DNA of 34,364 nucleotides, from NCBI GenBank assembly GCA_038831915.1, contig JAWBKB010000017.1, positions 1 to 34,364 of the forward strand, written 5' to 3'. This stretch comes from Candidatus Caldarchaeum sp. GTDB lineage: Archaea > Thermoproteota > Nitrososphaeria_A > Caldarchaeales > Caldarchaeaceae. The first letter of the stretch is position 1, and each line of letters starts with the position of its first letter. Below, piece by piece: positions 8,533 through 17,174 of the stretch. Made by a program: the position numbers and the translations under genes. The notes beneath the pieces were generated by a model. That model ran no database searches and had not been told where the DNA came from. It saw only the letters and a list, made by a program, of their open reading frames with translations.

Positions 8533-9348
8533 TTAAGTTTTTCCCTGACTAACGAGAGCTACCGGCCTGACCAGCGAGCCTGTTCCGCCGATGATTTTCA
8601 ACGGCGAGACGAAGAGGACAGACACGTAGGCCCTGTCTCTGGAAAGCTCTTCGAGGTTCAAGCTTTTCATCACGTGTATTCCAGAGTCGACGAGGAACAT
8701 CAGATGAACATTGAACGGTTTCGGCACAGCCATAGCTAGGTTATCTATGCCAAGAAGCGAAATCTTCCTGTCGATGAGCCATTTGGCACTTTCCTCGTTT
8801 ATTCCCGCAAAGTCGTGAAGGTACTTCTCTTTGTCCGTGACAAAGTATCTTGAATAACCGGTTCGAATAAGTGCCGCGTCTCCTTCGTTTAGAGTAACTT
8901 TCTGATTTTGGAGGCATTTTTCAAGGTCGGCTGCTGTTATCTCGTATCTCGGCGGCAGTATGTCAAGTCCTTTCGAAGCGGGAACATCGAACAAAACCGC
9001 TCTCTTCACGTATATCGGAATTTCCTCTGTTCCGTATTTGGTGTAGCCGGTGTGCTTTACGATTTCTGAAGCTTTGACTCCGTTGTGTAATGTGCCGTTT
9101 CGGGCCATGTGACATTTAGCGTCTATGTGTGTTCCTGAATGCATGCTCGTGATGACTAGCTCCATCGAATCCGAAAACCCGGGAGCCACTTTTTCAAAAA
9201 TCTGCTTCGTGTATTCGTGATACCTGTAGATGACCATTGAATACGGGGGGTCTTCAGGGTGGACGGGCATGCCGTTGAAGTAGGGCTGGCCAAGGTCGTA
9301 AATCTTAGCTTGAGAAACCAGTTTTACAAAATTTTCATCAGCCGACAT
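8533..9348 (-). CDS. Cyclase-family metal-dependent hydrolase (kynurenine formamidase-like)
   Basis: HSGTHIDA metal motif, plus GDAALIRTG, LGIDN and PLKIIGGTGSLVRPVA. Confidence 0.88.
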   Translation of the reverse strand: MSADENFVKLVSQAKIYDLGQPYFNGMPVHPEDPPYSMVIYRYHEYTKQIFEKVAPGFSDSMELVITSMHSGTHIDAKCHMARNGTLHNGVKASEIVKHTGYTKYGTEEIPIYVKRAVLFDVPASKGLDILPPRYEITAADLEKCLQNQKVTLNEGDAALIRTGYSRYFVTDKEKYLHDFAGINEESAKWLIDRKISLLGIDNLAMAVPKPFNVHLMFLVDSGIHVMKSLNLEELSRDRAYVSVLFVSPLKIIGGTGSLVRPVALVSQGKT

Positions 9349-9370
9349 GGTGCATGAATGTTTCTGATAC

Positions 9371-10582
9371 TTATATACTGTTGTTAGTTTTGACGATTCT
9401 TCGTTTCACATAATCTTCAACACGTTTTTGTGTCAAGCCGAGCGACCTGAGAATTTGTTCGGTGTGCTGCCCATGGGTTGGAGAGGCTCGAATGTCTGCT
9501 TTTCTGTTGTTGAAGTTTGGAGTCGTTTGAATTGTGTAAATTTCACCGAGTCGGGGGTGATAGATTTTCCGAAAGATGCTCTCCGATGTGAAGTATTCAT
9601 CTGACGTAATCTCTGAAAGGCTTCGAACAGGGCCAGCTGGCACACCTACTCGCTGGAGAAGCTCCACAAGTTCGTTGCACGTATAATTGCTGAAAGTTTT
9701 CACCAACTCTTCGTGAAGTTTTTCCCGATTCTCTGAAGCGGTTCTGCCCTGGTTAGACGCAAACCTTGAGTCGTTCATCAAATCGAGGCGGCTTATGGCG
9801 GTGCAGAGCTTTCGCCATTGCTCGTCGTTGCCGACCGCTACCACGACCCAACTGTCTTTCGTTTTGAATGGCTCGTAGGGTGCGAGTGCAGGATATCGGT
9901 TGCCGAACGGCTCAAGGTCTTGACCCGTGTTCAGAATTTGTACGAGCCATTGACCCATGGCGGCTACTCCTGCATGCAAAAGCGAGACATCTATCTTAAC
10001 GAAGCAGCGTCTTTTTCTTACAAAATACAGGGCCGCGCAAACGGCTGAAGCCGCCGTCCAAGCCGCCAAAATATCGGTGATCGGGATGGGAAGCCTCAAA
10101 GGTTCGTCACCCGGTCTTCGGTTCATCCACATCAATCCTGACATCGCTTGGATCACTAAATCATATCCTCGGAAGTTGCTGTACTTTCCGACATCGCCGA
10201 ACCCGCTGATCGAACAGTACACTAACTTCGGGTTGAGTTTCTTGACCGTCCGCAGCGACAGACCGAGCTTATTCATAACCCCGGGGCTGAAATTCTGAAT
10301 CAACACATCGACTTTTCTTATGATTTTTTTGATTATTTCACGGCCTTCCTTGGTTTTCAGGTCGATGGCTATGCTTTTCTTGTTCTTGTTGTAGTAGCTG
10401 AAATAGATGCTTTCGCCGTTTATGATTTTTCCCATGAACCGCGCGTCATCTCCCTTCTCCGTGTTTTCAACTTTGATGACCTCGGCTCCCATTTCGCCGA
10501 GAATCATCCCACACATTGGCCCGGAAATAGCAGACCCCATTTCAAGGACTTTCACGCCCTTCAACGGGAGCAAACCTTTCAT
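9371..10582 (-). CDS. Class III CoA-transferase (CaiB/BaiF family)
   Basis: PLKGVKVLE, GAEVIKVE, NKNKKSIAIDLK, NFSPG, SISGFG and GYDLVIQAMSGLM (catalytic Asp). Confidence 0.92.
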   Translation of the reverse strand: MKGLLPLKGVKVLEMGSAISGPMCGMILGEMGAEVIKVENTEKGDDARFMGKIINGESIYFSYYNKNKKSIAIDLKTKEGREIIKKIIRKVDVLIQNFSPGVMNKLGLSLRTVKKLNPKLVYCSISGFGDVGKYSNFRGYDLVIQAMSGLMWMNRRPGDEPLRLPIPITDILAAWTAASAVCAALYFVRKRRCFVKIDVSLLHAGVAAMGQWLVQILNTGQDLEPFGNRYPALAPYEPFKTKDSWVVVAVGNDEQWRKLCTAISRLDLMNDSRFASNQGRTASENREKLHEELVKTFSNYTCNELVELLQRVGVPAGPVRSLSEITSDEYFTSESIFRKIYHPRLGEIYTIQTTPNFNNRKADIRASPTHGQHTEQILRSLGLTQKRVEDYVKRRIVKTNNSI

Positions 10583-10658
10583 CTACTCCATGGGGAAATA
10601 TTTTGGAAATAAAGGCATCGTTCAAAGTTATTAGTTTCCTGAGCCTCGGAAAAACACC

Positions 10659-11456
10659 ATGACAGAGTACAAGCACATAATATACAACAAAATTCCCGAG
10701 GACAAGGTTGTTGTCATCACCTTCAACAGGCCTGAAACGAGGAATGCGATGAGCGTCGCGATGCTGACCGAGTTCAACGACGCTTTACACAGAGCAGTGG
10801 AAGACCCAGAAGTGTGGTCGATTATTGTCACGGGCGCGGGTGACAAGGCTTTCTGCTCCGGCGGAGATGCGAAAGAATTTCTCGCAAACGTTGAAGCAGG
10901 CAAAATCAGCGAGATCGAGAAATTCAACAGGTTCAACCTCGACGTTTGGAGATATATGGAAAAGATGAGGAAGCCCATAATAGCAGCTGTCAACGGTTTT
11001 TGCAACATCGAAGTGATTCAAGCCGTCGACATCGTGGTTGCAAGCCAGAATGCCAAATTCGGCTTACCCGAAGTAACTATTGGAGTAAGTCCAGGCGCTG
11101 GAATAACCGTAAGACTTCCGCGTTTCCTGAGCAAATACTGGGCAAAATACCTTCTTTTCACTGGAGAATGGATTTCAGCGGAGGAAGGTTATCGGCTTGG
11201 GTTTGTAAACAAGGTAGTGCCTCACGAAAAATTGATAGATGAAGCTCTGGAGATTGCTCGAAAGATAAACAAGAACGCCCCTCTCGCAGTGGGTGCGACG
11301 AAGGCTTGCGTTAACCTGGGCGGTGAAATGCCCATCGATGAGGGCATGGAATACCAGCTCAAAGAATCCATACTCATGTTCTACACTGAAGACCTAAAGG
11401 AAGGAATCAAGGCCAGATTCTATGAAAAACGTGAGCCAGTCTTCCGAGGAAAATAA
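10659..11456 (+). CDS. Enoyl-CoA hydratase/isomerase (crotonase superfamily), atypical active-site loop
   Basis: FNRPETRNAM, KAFCSGGD, KPIIAAVNG, FGLPEV and EKREPVFRGK. The usual GGG motif is missing. Confidence 0.88.
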   Translation: MTEYKHIIYNKIPEDKVVVITFNRPETRNAMSVAMLTEFNDALHRAVEDPEVWSIIVTGAGDKAFCSGGDAKEFLANVEAGKISEIEKFNRFNLDVWRYMEKMRKPIIAAVNGFCNIEVIQAVDIVVASQNAKFGLPEVTIGVSPGAGITVRLPRFLSKYWAKYLLFTGEWISAEEGYRLGFVNKVVPHEKLIDEALEIARKINKNAPLAVGATKACVNLGGEMPIDEGMEYQLKESILMFYTEDLKEGIKARFYEKREPVFRGK

Positions 11457-11460
11457 ACCA

Positions 11461-12057
11461 TCACTCCTTGGCAGAGGGCTCGCGGACAAACAACCGATAC
11501 TTTTCCTCTCTATTTTTTAACTCTGTGACGATTCGTTTGACGATGGCTTCAACAGGATTCGGCAGCCCTGTCCTGTTTTTGACGTCTTCGAAGCTCGTGA
11601 ATTTCGCTATCTCTCTTTCCGCCAAAAATTTAGCAAGCATTTTTTTCCCGATTCCTGGAACCAATTCGAGCGCATGCATGCGGGGAGTTAACAGGGTGGA
11701 ATTGTTGATGAAGTCGAGGAACCGCTGTGGGTTTTCCTCAACAATTTTATAGATGGCCGGCTCTAAATTAGCAACCGCTGTTTCAGTCAAGTCGTTGAAG
11801 TTGATTCGGCGTACTATGCGTAAAATTTCGCGTGGAACGTCTCGGCCAATGTAGAGGCGTGTACCATGTTTGGGTTTAAACCGCTCGTTGACAGCGACTT
11901 CCAGAAGTGTGAAGAAATCTTCACCGAGAAGCTGGACAATGTACTCGTTTCTATCGGGCAAAACCCGCTGCCCTTGTAATCGCTGCTGCGATGCGGGGAA
12001 AACGTCTAAAACATATCCATAATCTTCGTAGCGTTTTTGACGCTGCATGTCGTTCAC
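11461..12057 (-). CDS. DUF655 putative RNA-binding protein
   Basis: EDYGYVLD, GEDFFTLLE, LTPRMHALELVPGIGKK and FTSFED, in the conserved position downstream of rpoF. Confidence 0.9.
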   Translation of the reverse strand: MNDMQRQKRYEDYGYVLDVFPASQQRLQGQRVLPDRNEYIVQLLGEDFFTLLEVAVNERFKPKHGTRLYIGRDVPREILRIVRRINFNDLTETAVANLEPAIYKIVEENPQRFLDFINNSTLLTPRMHALELVPGIGKKMLAKFLAEREIAKFTSFEDVKNRTGLPNPVEAIVKRIVTELKNREEKYRLFVREPSAKE

Positions 12058-12062
12058 GAATT

Positions 12063-12419
12063 TTACGATAAACGGCCGGCGACTGCGTCTTCGACGAGCT
12101 TGACGACCGCACGCATTTTTTCATCCGAGAAAAGTAAGAAAGAAACTAACCGTTTATAGCCGCTGAGAACCGCTCGAAGCTCTTCAACATTTCTTGGACA
12201 AACGTCAGCCACTTGAACGGCTTCTTCCCTCGTCAAACCTATTTCCTTCACAAGCTTATCGACTAATAGCTCAGACTGCTCAGGGGAAAGTTTCGCATAT
12301 TTTTTTACGTAGGAAAGAACACGGGACTGCATCACGTTTGGGGAATCGGTTCCCTCAGTAATCAGCTTGCCAACAACCGCCATTGGTATCTCTGTTTTAG
12401 AAATGATTTTTCTCACCAT
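12063..12419 (-). CDS. rpoF: DNA-directed RNA polymerase subunit Rpo4 (RpoF)
   Basis: YVKKYAKL..E...AVQVADVCPRNVEELRAVL, located between rpl21e and DUF655. Confidence 0.88.
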   Translation of the reverse strand: MVRKIISKTEIPMAVVGKLITEGTDSPNVMQSRVLSYVKKYAKLSPEQSELLVDKLVKEIGLTREEAVQVADVCPRNVEELRAVLSGYKRLVSFLLFSDEKMRAVVKLVEDAVAGRLS

Positions 12420-12425
12420 GGCTTA

Positions 12426-12710
12426 CTATGCAACCTCGCGAAGATGGTCAGGTAAAACAGAAAGTAATGTTCCTGTGTCGCCAACCCTCACGACGTATCC
12501 TCGACCCCTTTTTTCAACGATTTCGCCGATTTTTCCATGATAACGGCGGTGAGGCGAACCTTTCTGAACAGACGGCTCGATGTATATGAGTACACGATCT
12601 CCAGGCTTGTATTCCGTGAGGTAGATGTCTGGACGAGGGCCGCTTCTCGAACCTTTCGGTTTTCTCAGGTATCCTCTTGATTTTCTGCGGAAACCCTTGG
12701 ATTGCGGCAT
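12426..12710 (-). CDS. rpl21e: 50S ribosomal protein L21e (eL21)
   Basis: SKGFRRKSR..L.K, GDRVLI.IEPSVQKGSPHRRYHGKIG and PDHL. Confidence 0.96.
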   Translation of the reverse strand: MPQSKGFRRKSRGYLRKPKGSRSGPRPDIYLTEYKPGDRVLIYIEPSVQKGSPHRRYHGKIGEIVEKRGRGYVVRVGDTGTLLSVLPDHLREVA

Positions 12711-12753
12711 TTTCGACGTCGAATCATGATGATGAACGGTATGATAAAAGCGT

Positions 12754-14064
12754 TTACATCTCGACCCTTACCACGGTCAATTCCATCGAAACAGGCGCAA
12801 CGCCGAGAACATCAACGAAAGAGGGCTTCGTCCGCCCACCGTCGCCAGTCGCAAGCTCTTTGACATAGAGACCTCCTTGGCAGCGGATACGATACTCAAC
12901 TGTGCGAGCATCGACAAGCCTCGCTTCGACCTCGTAAACCGTTTTTCTTCGCAGTTTTTCGGTTCTCCTCCTCAAAACCCGTGTTGGAGTAAGCTGGTCA
13001 ATCACCGTCTTACGAAACTTTTCCTCCAACTTTTTGAGCAGCGATTCATCGATGTCGACATCATAGACGGCTTTCAGCAAATAGGTTTTCGCGGTGGTGG
13101 GGGAAGTTGCCTTAATCAGCCTAACCTGTTTCCGGTTTGTGTATTCTTCAAGAAAGACCGTGACAAGGCCTTTCGCACTTTGGTTGATTTCCTTTTCAAC
13201 CATGACGAGCGGCAGCCGTCTTTTCATAGGTTTTTTCAATTCGAGGATGAAAGGTCTTCCTTCGCCGGCTACGAGGGCGTCGACATCCTCCCTACCAGCG
13301 GCGTGAAACTTGTAATCCTCTGCTTGAAACAGTCTTTGAGCCGGCTCGCCGACTAGTTCGGCGACGCTTGTAGGGTATTTACGGCCTGTGAAACCGCATT
13401 TCTGACAGCCTTTTCCCCAACAGTATGGACAATGCCAGAGCGATTGTGGAATATCTCGACTATGTTTCAAATATCGGCCTTTCACGAAAACAGGGTTTGG
13501 AAAAACTTGAACAATTTCACGGAAGACATCCACTGTGATGACGATGTCAGGAGCAGCGTAGTCGATTCTTCTACCTGTGAGGTCGGTCAAATTTTTCGCA
13601 ACTTCTCTTTTCACGTCGTTGCGGATGTCTTCTCCGTTGATGACGCCGACCAAAGACCTTAAGGTGTCTTCGCGTTCGATGCATTCCGCCGAAGCTTTAG
13701 CACCGACTAGGAAAGTCTCGAATTCATAGCCATCTATCAGCTCAACCGCTTTTTCCGCAAATCTCCTGAAATTTTCCTCGGTGAACACGCCGCCGCATAG
13801 GCCGCATTCTTCCAACCCGCATGAAACGTTAATGGTTTTCAGATATTCCAAAGCTTCAGGCAGAGCTCCGCGTTTGGCGAGTATTTCAACAGTATTGACA
13901 TCCCTGTTTCTTATGGATGATAGGAACAGGGTCAGCTTGATTGCGCGTCCTTTTTCTTTGTTGCTTAGTTGAGGCCATAGACGGGCGAATTGCCGCCCGA
14001 GACAATAGTCGCAAAGCGGCATGTTTTTCAGCAGCGCCAGGGCTTGCTCGAGTATCGTGTCCAA
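12754..14064 (-). CDS. pus10: tRNA pseudouridine(54/55) synthase Pus10
   Basis: LCDYCLGRQF, GRYLK.SRDIPQS, catalytic AGREDVDA, GRPFILE, QLTPTRV and GGLYVKEL. Confidence 0.95.
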   Translation of the reverse strand: MDTILEQALALLKNMPLCDYCLGRQFARLWPQLSNKEKGRAIKLTLFLSSIRNRDVNTVEILAKRGALPEALEYLKTINVSCGLEECGLCGGVFTEENFRRFAEKAVELIDGYEFETFLVGAKASAECIEREDTLRSLVGVINGEDIRNDVKREVAKNLTDLTGRRIDYAAPDIVITVDVFREIVQVFPNPVFVKGRYLKHSRDIPQSLWHCPYCWGKGCQKCGFTGRKYPTSVAELVGEPAQRLFQAEDYKFHAAGREDVDALVAGEGRPFILELKKPMKRRLPLVMVEKEINQSAKGLVTVFLEEYTNRKQVRLIKATSPTTAKTYLLKAVYDVDIDESLLKKLEEKFRKTVIDQLTPTRVLRRRTEKLRRKTVYEVEARLVDARTVEYRIRCQGGLYVKELATGDGGRTKPSFVDVLGVAPVSMELTVVRVEM

Positions 14065-15396
14065 CTACTCGAATCCCCGCGTGGTCTTGAATAGATGTCG
14101 GAGCTTCCGGTCTTTGAACATTTTTCGAGAAGCTTGATAGCTTTTCAGAAGTTCGCGTACATCTCGTTCAAGAACGCCGGCTCCTCTCGCGATTCTCCTT
14201 GTCCGCGAGCCGTCGATGATTGACGGGTCGGTTCTTTCTTCCCTTGTCATTGATTTGATGATGGCGTTCCATTTCTTTATTCGTTCTTCGGCTTTTTCCA
14301 ACTGTTCATCTGTCAGGCCTTCAACACCGGGGAGCGGTAGCTTTGAAAGAATTTTTCTCAACGGCCCGAGTTTGGATAAACTGCTCAATTGCTCCACCAT
14401 GTCTTCCAAAGTAAAACGACCTGAAAGCATAGCCTTCATTTTCTCCTCGTCTGTTGAAAGCTCGGCGAGTCTAACTCTTTCCACGAGGCTTTCTATATCG
14501 GGCATGCCGAGCAGTGAAGCGATGTAAGCGGAGGGGTTGAAAGGTTGGAAATCTTCGACGGCTTCACCGACTCCGGTGAATTTTATTTTCGCCCCTGTCT
14601 CCGCTACTGCGGTCAAAGCTCCTCCGCCTTTAGCGGATGTGTCGAGCTTCGTGACGATGATTGAGCCAACGGGTGTGGCTTTGTGAAATGCTGCAGCGTG
14701 AACGCCTGCTTGCTGTCCAATAGTGCCGTCTATGACTAAAATGTTCTCGTCTGGATGAATGGCGGCTTCGAGGGTTTTCATCTCCTCCATCAATGATTCT
14801 TGCTGTTTGTGACGGCCTGCGGTGTCAACTATTACGATGTCAACGTTTTGCTGCCTGAAATATTCCAGCCCTTTGACGACGATGGATACCGGGTCGATGT
14901 TGTTCGGCTCGCCGTATACCGGGATTTGACGGGGCTCGAGCAGCTGTTTCAACTGCTGATACGCCGCAGGCCTGTAAGTGTCTGCGCAGACAACTCCTAT
15001 TTTGTAGCCGTTAGCTTTGAGATAATTGGCGAGTTTCGCGGCTGTAGTGGTTTTACCTGAGCCCTGTATTCCGAGAAGCATGACCACGTAAGGCTTCTTC
15101 CCACGTGGCGAAAATTTCTCCGCCTTCTCACCGAGCAAAGCTGTCAACTCCTCGTAAACGATTTTAGCGATGCTGTCCTTCCGACTGACACCAGGCGGAA
15201 GCTTTTCCGAGAAAGCTCTTTCGCGAATTCGTTCAGAAAGCTTCATCACCAACTCAACCTTAACGTCAGCCATCAAAAGAGAACGCTGAATACCCCTAAC
15301 CAGTTCTTCGACCGTGGCTTTATCAGCTGAAGGAGAAGAAAGAAATTTGCTAAATACCTCTTTTAGCGATTTCGCAAGCGAAGAAACACTCGACAT
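14065..15396 (-). CDS. srp54: Signal recognition particle protein SRP54
   Basis: GIQGSGKTTT, DTYRPAA, DTAGRH, TKLD.SAKGGGAL, and an M domain with SMTREER and SRTRRIARGAG. Confidence 0.97.
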   Translation of the reverse strand: MSSVSSLAKSLKEVFSKFLSSPSADKATVEELVRGIQRSLLMADVKVELVMKLSERIRERAFSEKLPPGVSRKDSIAKIVYEELTALLGEKAEKFSPRGKKPYVVMLLGIQGSGKTTTAAKLANYLKANGYKIGVVCADTYRPAAYQQLKQLLEPRQIPVYGEPNNIDPVSIVVKGLEYFRQQNVDIVIVDTAGRHKQQESLMEEMKTLEAAIHPDENILVIDGTIGQQAGVHAAAFHKATPVGSIIVTKLDTSAKGGGALTAVAETGAKIKFTGVGEAVEDFQPFNPSAYIASLLGMPDIESLVERVRLAELSTDEEKMKAMLSGRFTLEDMVEQLSSLSKLGPLRKILSKLPLPGVEGLTDEQLEKAEERIKKWNAIIKSMTREERTDPSIIDGSRTRRIARGAGVLERDVRELLKSYQASRKMFKDRKLRHLFKTTRGFE

Positions 15397-15525
15397 TATT
15401 CCTTCTCAATTCCAACCCTTGGCATTATATTAATCCTCGTTTAAACCAGATAGACTCGGAGCTGAGTAGGCGGGTTCTCAAGCCAGCGCGTGTGATTTAT
15501 AATGGATTTGGGTTAGTGGAATTGT

Positions 15526-15675
15526 ATGTGGTTGAATAGATGGGTGCCACCAGTCATAGCGGCGGCCCTTTCTTTGACTGTCATCACTTCACTGGCCGCT
15601 TCCACAGGGTTCGACGAGAACCGTGCTGAACCATACGATGTAAAGGTTCTGACGGGTAGGCCAGTCCTCATTTAA
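15526..15675 (+). CDS. Putative small secreted or membrane-anchored peptide (49 aa)
   Basis: Below the ORF-track cutoff: MWLNRWVPPVIAAALSLTVITSLAASTGFDENRAEPYDVKVLTGRPVLI. TATA TTTATAA at 15496-15502 sits at leaderless spacing. Confidence 0.55.
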   Translation: MWLNRWVPPVIAAALSLTVITSLAASTGFDENRAEPYDVKVLTGRPVLI

Positions 15676-15699
15676 ATAGAGCGGGCCGAGCTCCTCGTT

Positions 15700-16593
15700 G
15701 TGAAAATTCTGGTCACTGGTTCACGTGGTTTCGTCGGCAGGCATCTGGTAGAATACTTAGTCAAACGAGGTTACGACGTGGTCGGGGCGGACGTTGTCTA
15801 CGGAGGTGATGTTAAACTTGATGTCACTATTTTCAGCAATGTGCTCGACGTCTTCGAGAAAACGGGTGTGGATTCTGTAGTTCATCTCGCAGCTGTCGCC
15901 GACATACCGGAAAGCATGAAAGACCCCTACAGATGCTTCAACGTAAACGTCTGCGGAACAATCAATATTCTCGAAGCCGCGCGACGAAGAGAAATCGAAA
16001 GAGCAGTAATCTTTTCCTCAGCGAACTACTACGGAGCGCCGTTCAAAGTTCCCGTAGAGGAAACAGACCCACCCAATCCGCGAACCCCATATGATTTCTC
16101 CAAGGTTGCTTTAGAAAATGTCGTGTGGAGCTATCATCGAAACCACGGTGTCCCCGTAACGGTATTAAGGCCTTGGAAAACTTTCGGCGAATATGAGCCG
16201 GAAAACAAAATGGTTCCAAGGTTCGTGAGGCTTTGTCTCACCGGCGCCCCCATACCGCTCTACAACGGCGGCGCAGACGTCACAGACCCATACCATGTCG
16301 AAAACCTCTGCTACGTGGTGGAACTTTGCTTGAAAAAACAGGAGGCGATTGGTGAAGCATTCAACGTCGGTACAGGAAACCCATTATCAGTTCGCCAGCT
16401 CGCCGAAATCATCAAAAAAATGACAAACTCATCTTCCGAACTTAAGAGCCTACCTCCGAGAACACCGGCAGAAGCCGTTCCCATGAAAAGCATCCCGTCA
16501 ATCGAAAAACTACGGAAAAAACTCGACTATTCACCCATCGTGTCGCTCGAAGATGGGCTGCGTAGAATGATAAACTTTTATCAAACTAAGTAA
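15700..16593 (+). CDS. NAD-dependent nucleotide-sugar epimerase/dehydratase (extended SDR)
   Basis: ILVTGSRGFVG, VVHLAA, NVCGTINILEA, FSSA, YxxxK (PYDFSK) and FNVGTG. TATA TTTAAATA at 15671-15678. Confidence 0.92.
   Translation: MKILVTGSRGFVGRHLVEYLVKRGYDVVGADVVYGGDVKLDVTIFSNVLDVFEKTGVDSVVHLAAVADIPESMKDPYRCFNVNVCGTINILEAARRREIERAVIFSSANYYGAPFKVPVEETDPPNPRTPYDFSKVALENVVWSYHRNHGVPVTVLRPWKTFGEYEPENKMVPRFVRLCLTGAPIPLYNGGADVTDPYHVENLCYVVELCLKKQEAIGEAFNVGTGNPLSVRQLAEIIKKMTNSSSELKSLPPRTPAEAVPMKSIPSIEKLRKKLDYSPIVSLEDGLRRMINFYQTK
16572..16583 (+). promoter_or_regulatory. BRE/TATA box upstream of the tRNA half, inside the 3' end of the epimerase gene
   Basis: AAACTTTTATCA, ending 24 nt before the G1 at 16608. 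Confidence 0.55.
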
Positions 16594-16607
16594 TCACATC
16601 GGTCGGA

Positions 16608-16641
16608 GGGCCGGTAGATCAGTCTGGAAGGTCGTCCGCCT
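16608..16641 (+). tRNA. 5' half only of a tRNA, probably tRNA-Ala (tRNA fragment or att-like remnant)
   Basis: GGGCCGG-TA-GATC-AGTCTGGAA-GGTC-G-TCCGC-CT gives the acceptor 5' strand, U8A9, a D-arm with a GG loop, the anticodon 5' strand and C32U33. No anticodon, T-arm or acceptor 3' strand follows. Confidence 0.8.
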
Positions 16642-16670
16642 AATCATAGTATATGATGGTTGGTTTGTAT

Positions 16671-16690
16671 CTCTTTCTTCTTTGTTTTTC
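16671..16690 (+). terminator. Pyrimidine/T-rich putative archaeal terminator after the tRNA half
   Basis: CTCTTTCTTCTTTGTTTTTC, preceded by the small hairpin ATCATA-GTA-TATGAT (16643-16657). Confidence 0.35.
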
Positions 16691-16823
16691 CCTAATATTC
16701 AGTTACAGTTAGGGTAATTATCCCTTTTTTAAAATGTTTGACAGCATTTACTTCAATACCATTCCCCCCATGATAGTTCGGCTGACTGCCTGAAGGAACA
16801 AACATAGACCCCTCATCTTCCTT

Positions 16824-17138
16824 TTAACTGAAACATGGAATTCCGTCTTCAACCCATAGGGCTATTCTAACCTCTCTCCCGTCGTTAGCCTCAAAATGAA
16901 ACAACGTTTTAAACATGTTGGGAATTCTCAATCTCCATCCAGCCGTAACGTCATATCTTCCCCTAAACTCCATACCTTTGACACAGCCGATATAGTCTCC
17001 TTTATCAGGTATGTTTAGAGACCGCCAGACAGTTATAGGCATTATAAGCCTCATAGAGCCATTATCGTCACATACTATCCTAGCCAGATGGTACTCGGTT
17101 TTTGGAAGGAAAACATCTAACGTAGGCTGGTGAGACAC
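16824..17138 (-). CDS. Hypothetical protein with two AbrB/SpoVT-like repeats, probably from a mobile element
   Basis: RLIMPITVWRSLNIPDKGDYI and WRLRIPNMFKTLFHF..DGREVRI both resemble the AbrB pattern 'RIxIPxxxRxxLxIxxGDxV'. AT-rich context. Confidence 0.5.
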   Translation of the reverse strand: MSHQPTLDVFLPKTEYHLARIVCDDNGSMRLIMPITVWRSLNIPDKGDYIGCVKGMEFRGRYDVTAGWRLRIPNMFKTLFHFEANDGREVRIALWVEDGIPCFS

Positions 17139-17174
17139 AGTAACCTGCCAGCGGAAACACTACCACACCTCGGC

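Noticed and set aside
12712-12723. Perfect 12-bp palindrome TTCGACGTCGAA just upstream of rpl21e
   Set aside because: A single occurrence. Palindromes of this length are expected by chance in 34 kb.
15540-15660. Possible 5S rRNA-like start (CATAGCGGC) or C/D-box sRNA (two CTGA boxes)
   Set aside because: There is no further 5S similarity, the C boxes are poor and the guides too short. A promoter-linked 49-codon ORF explains the region better.
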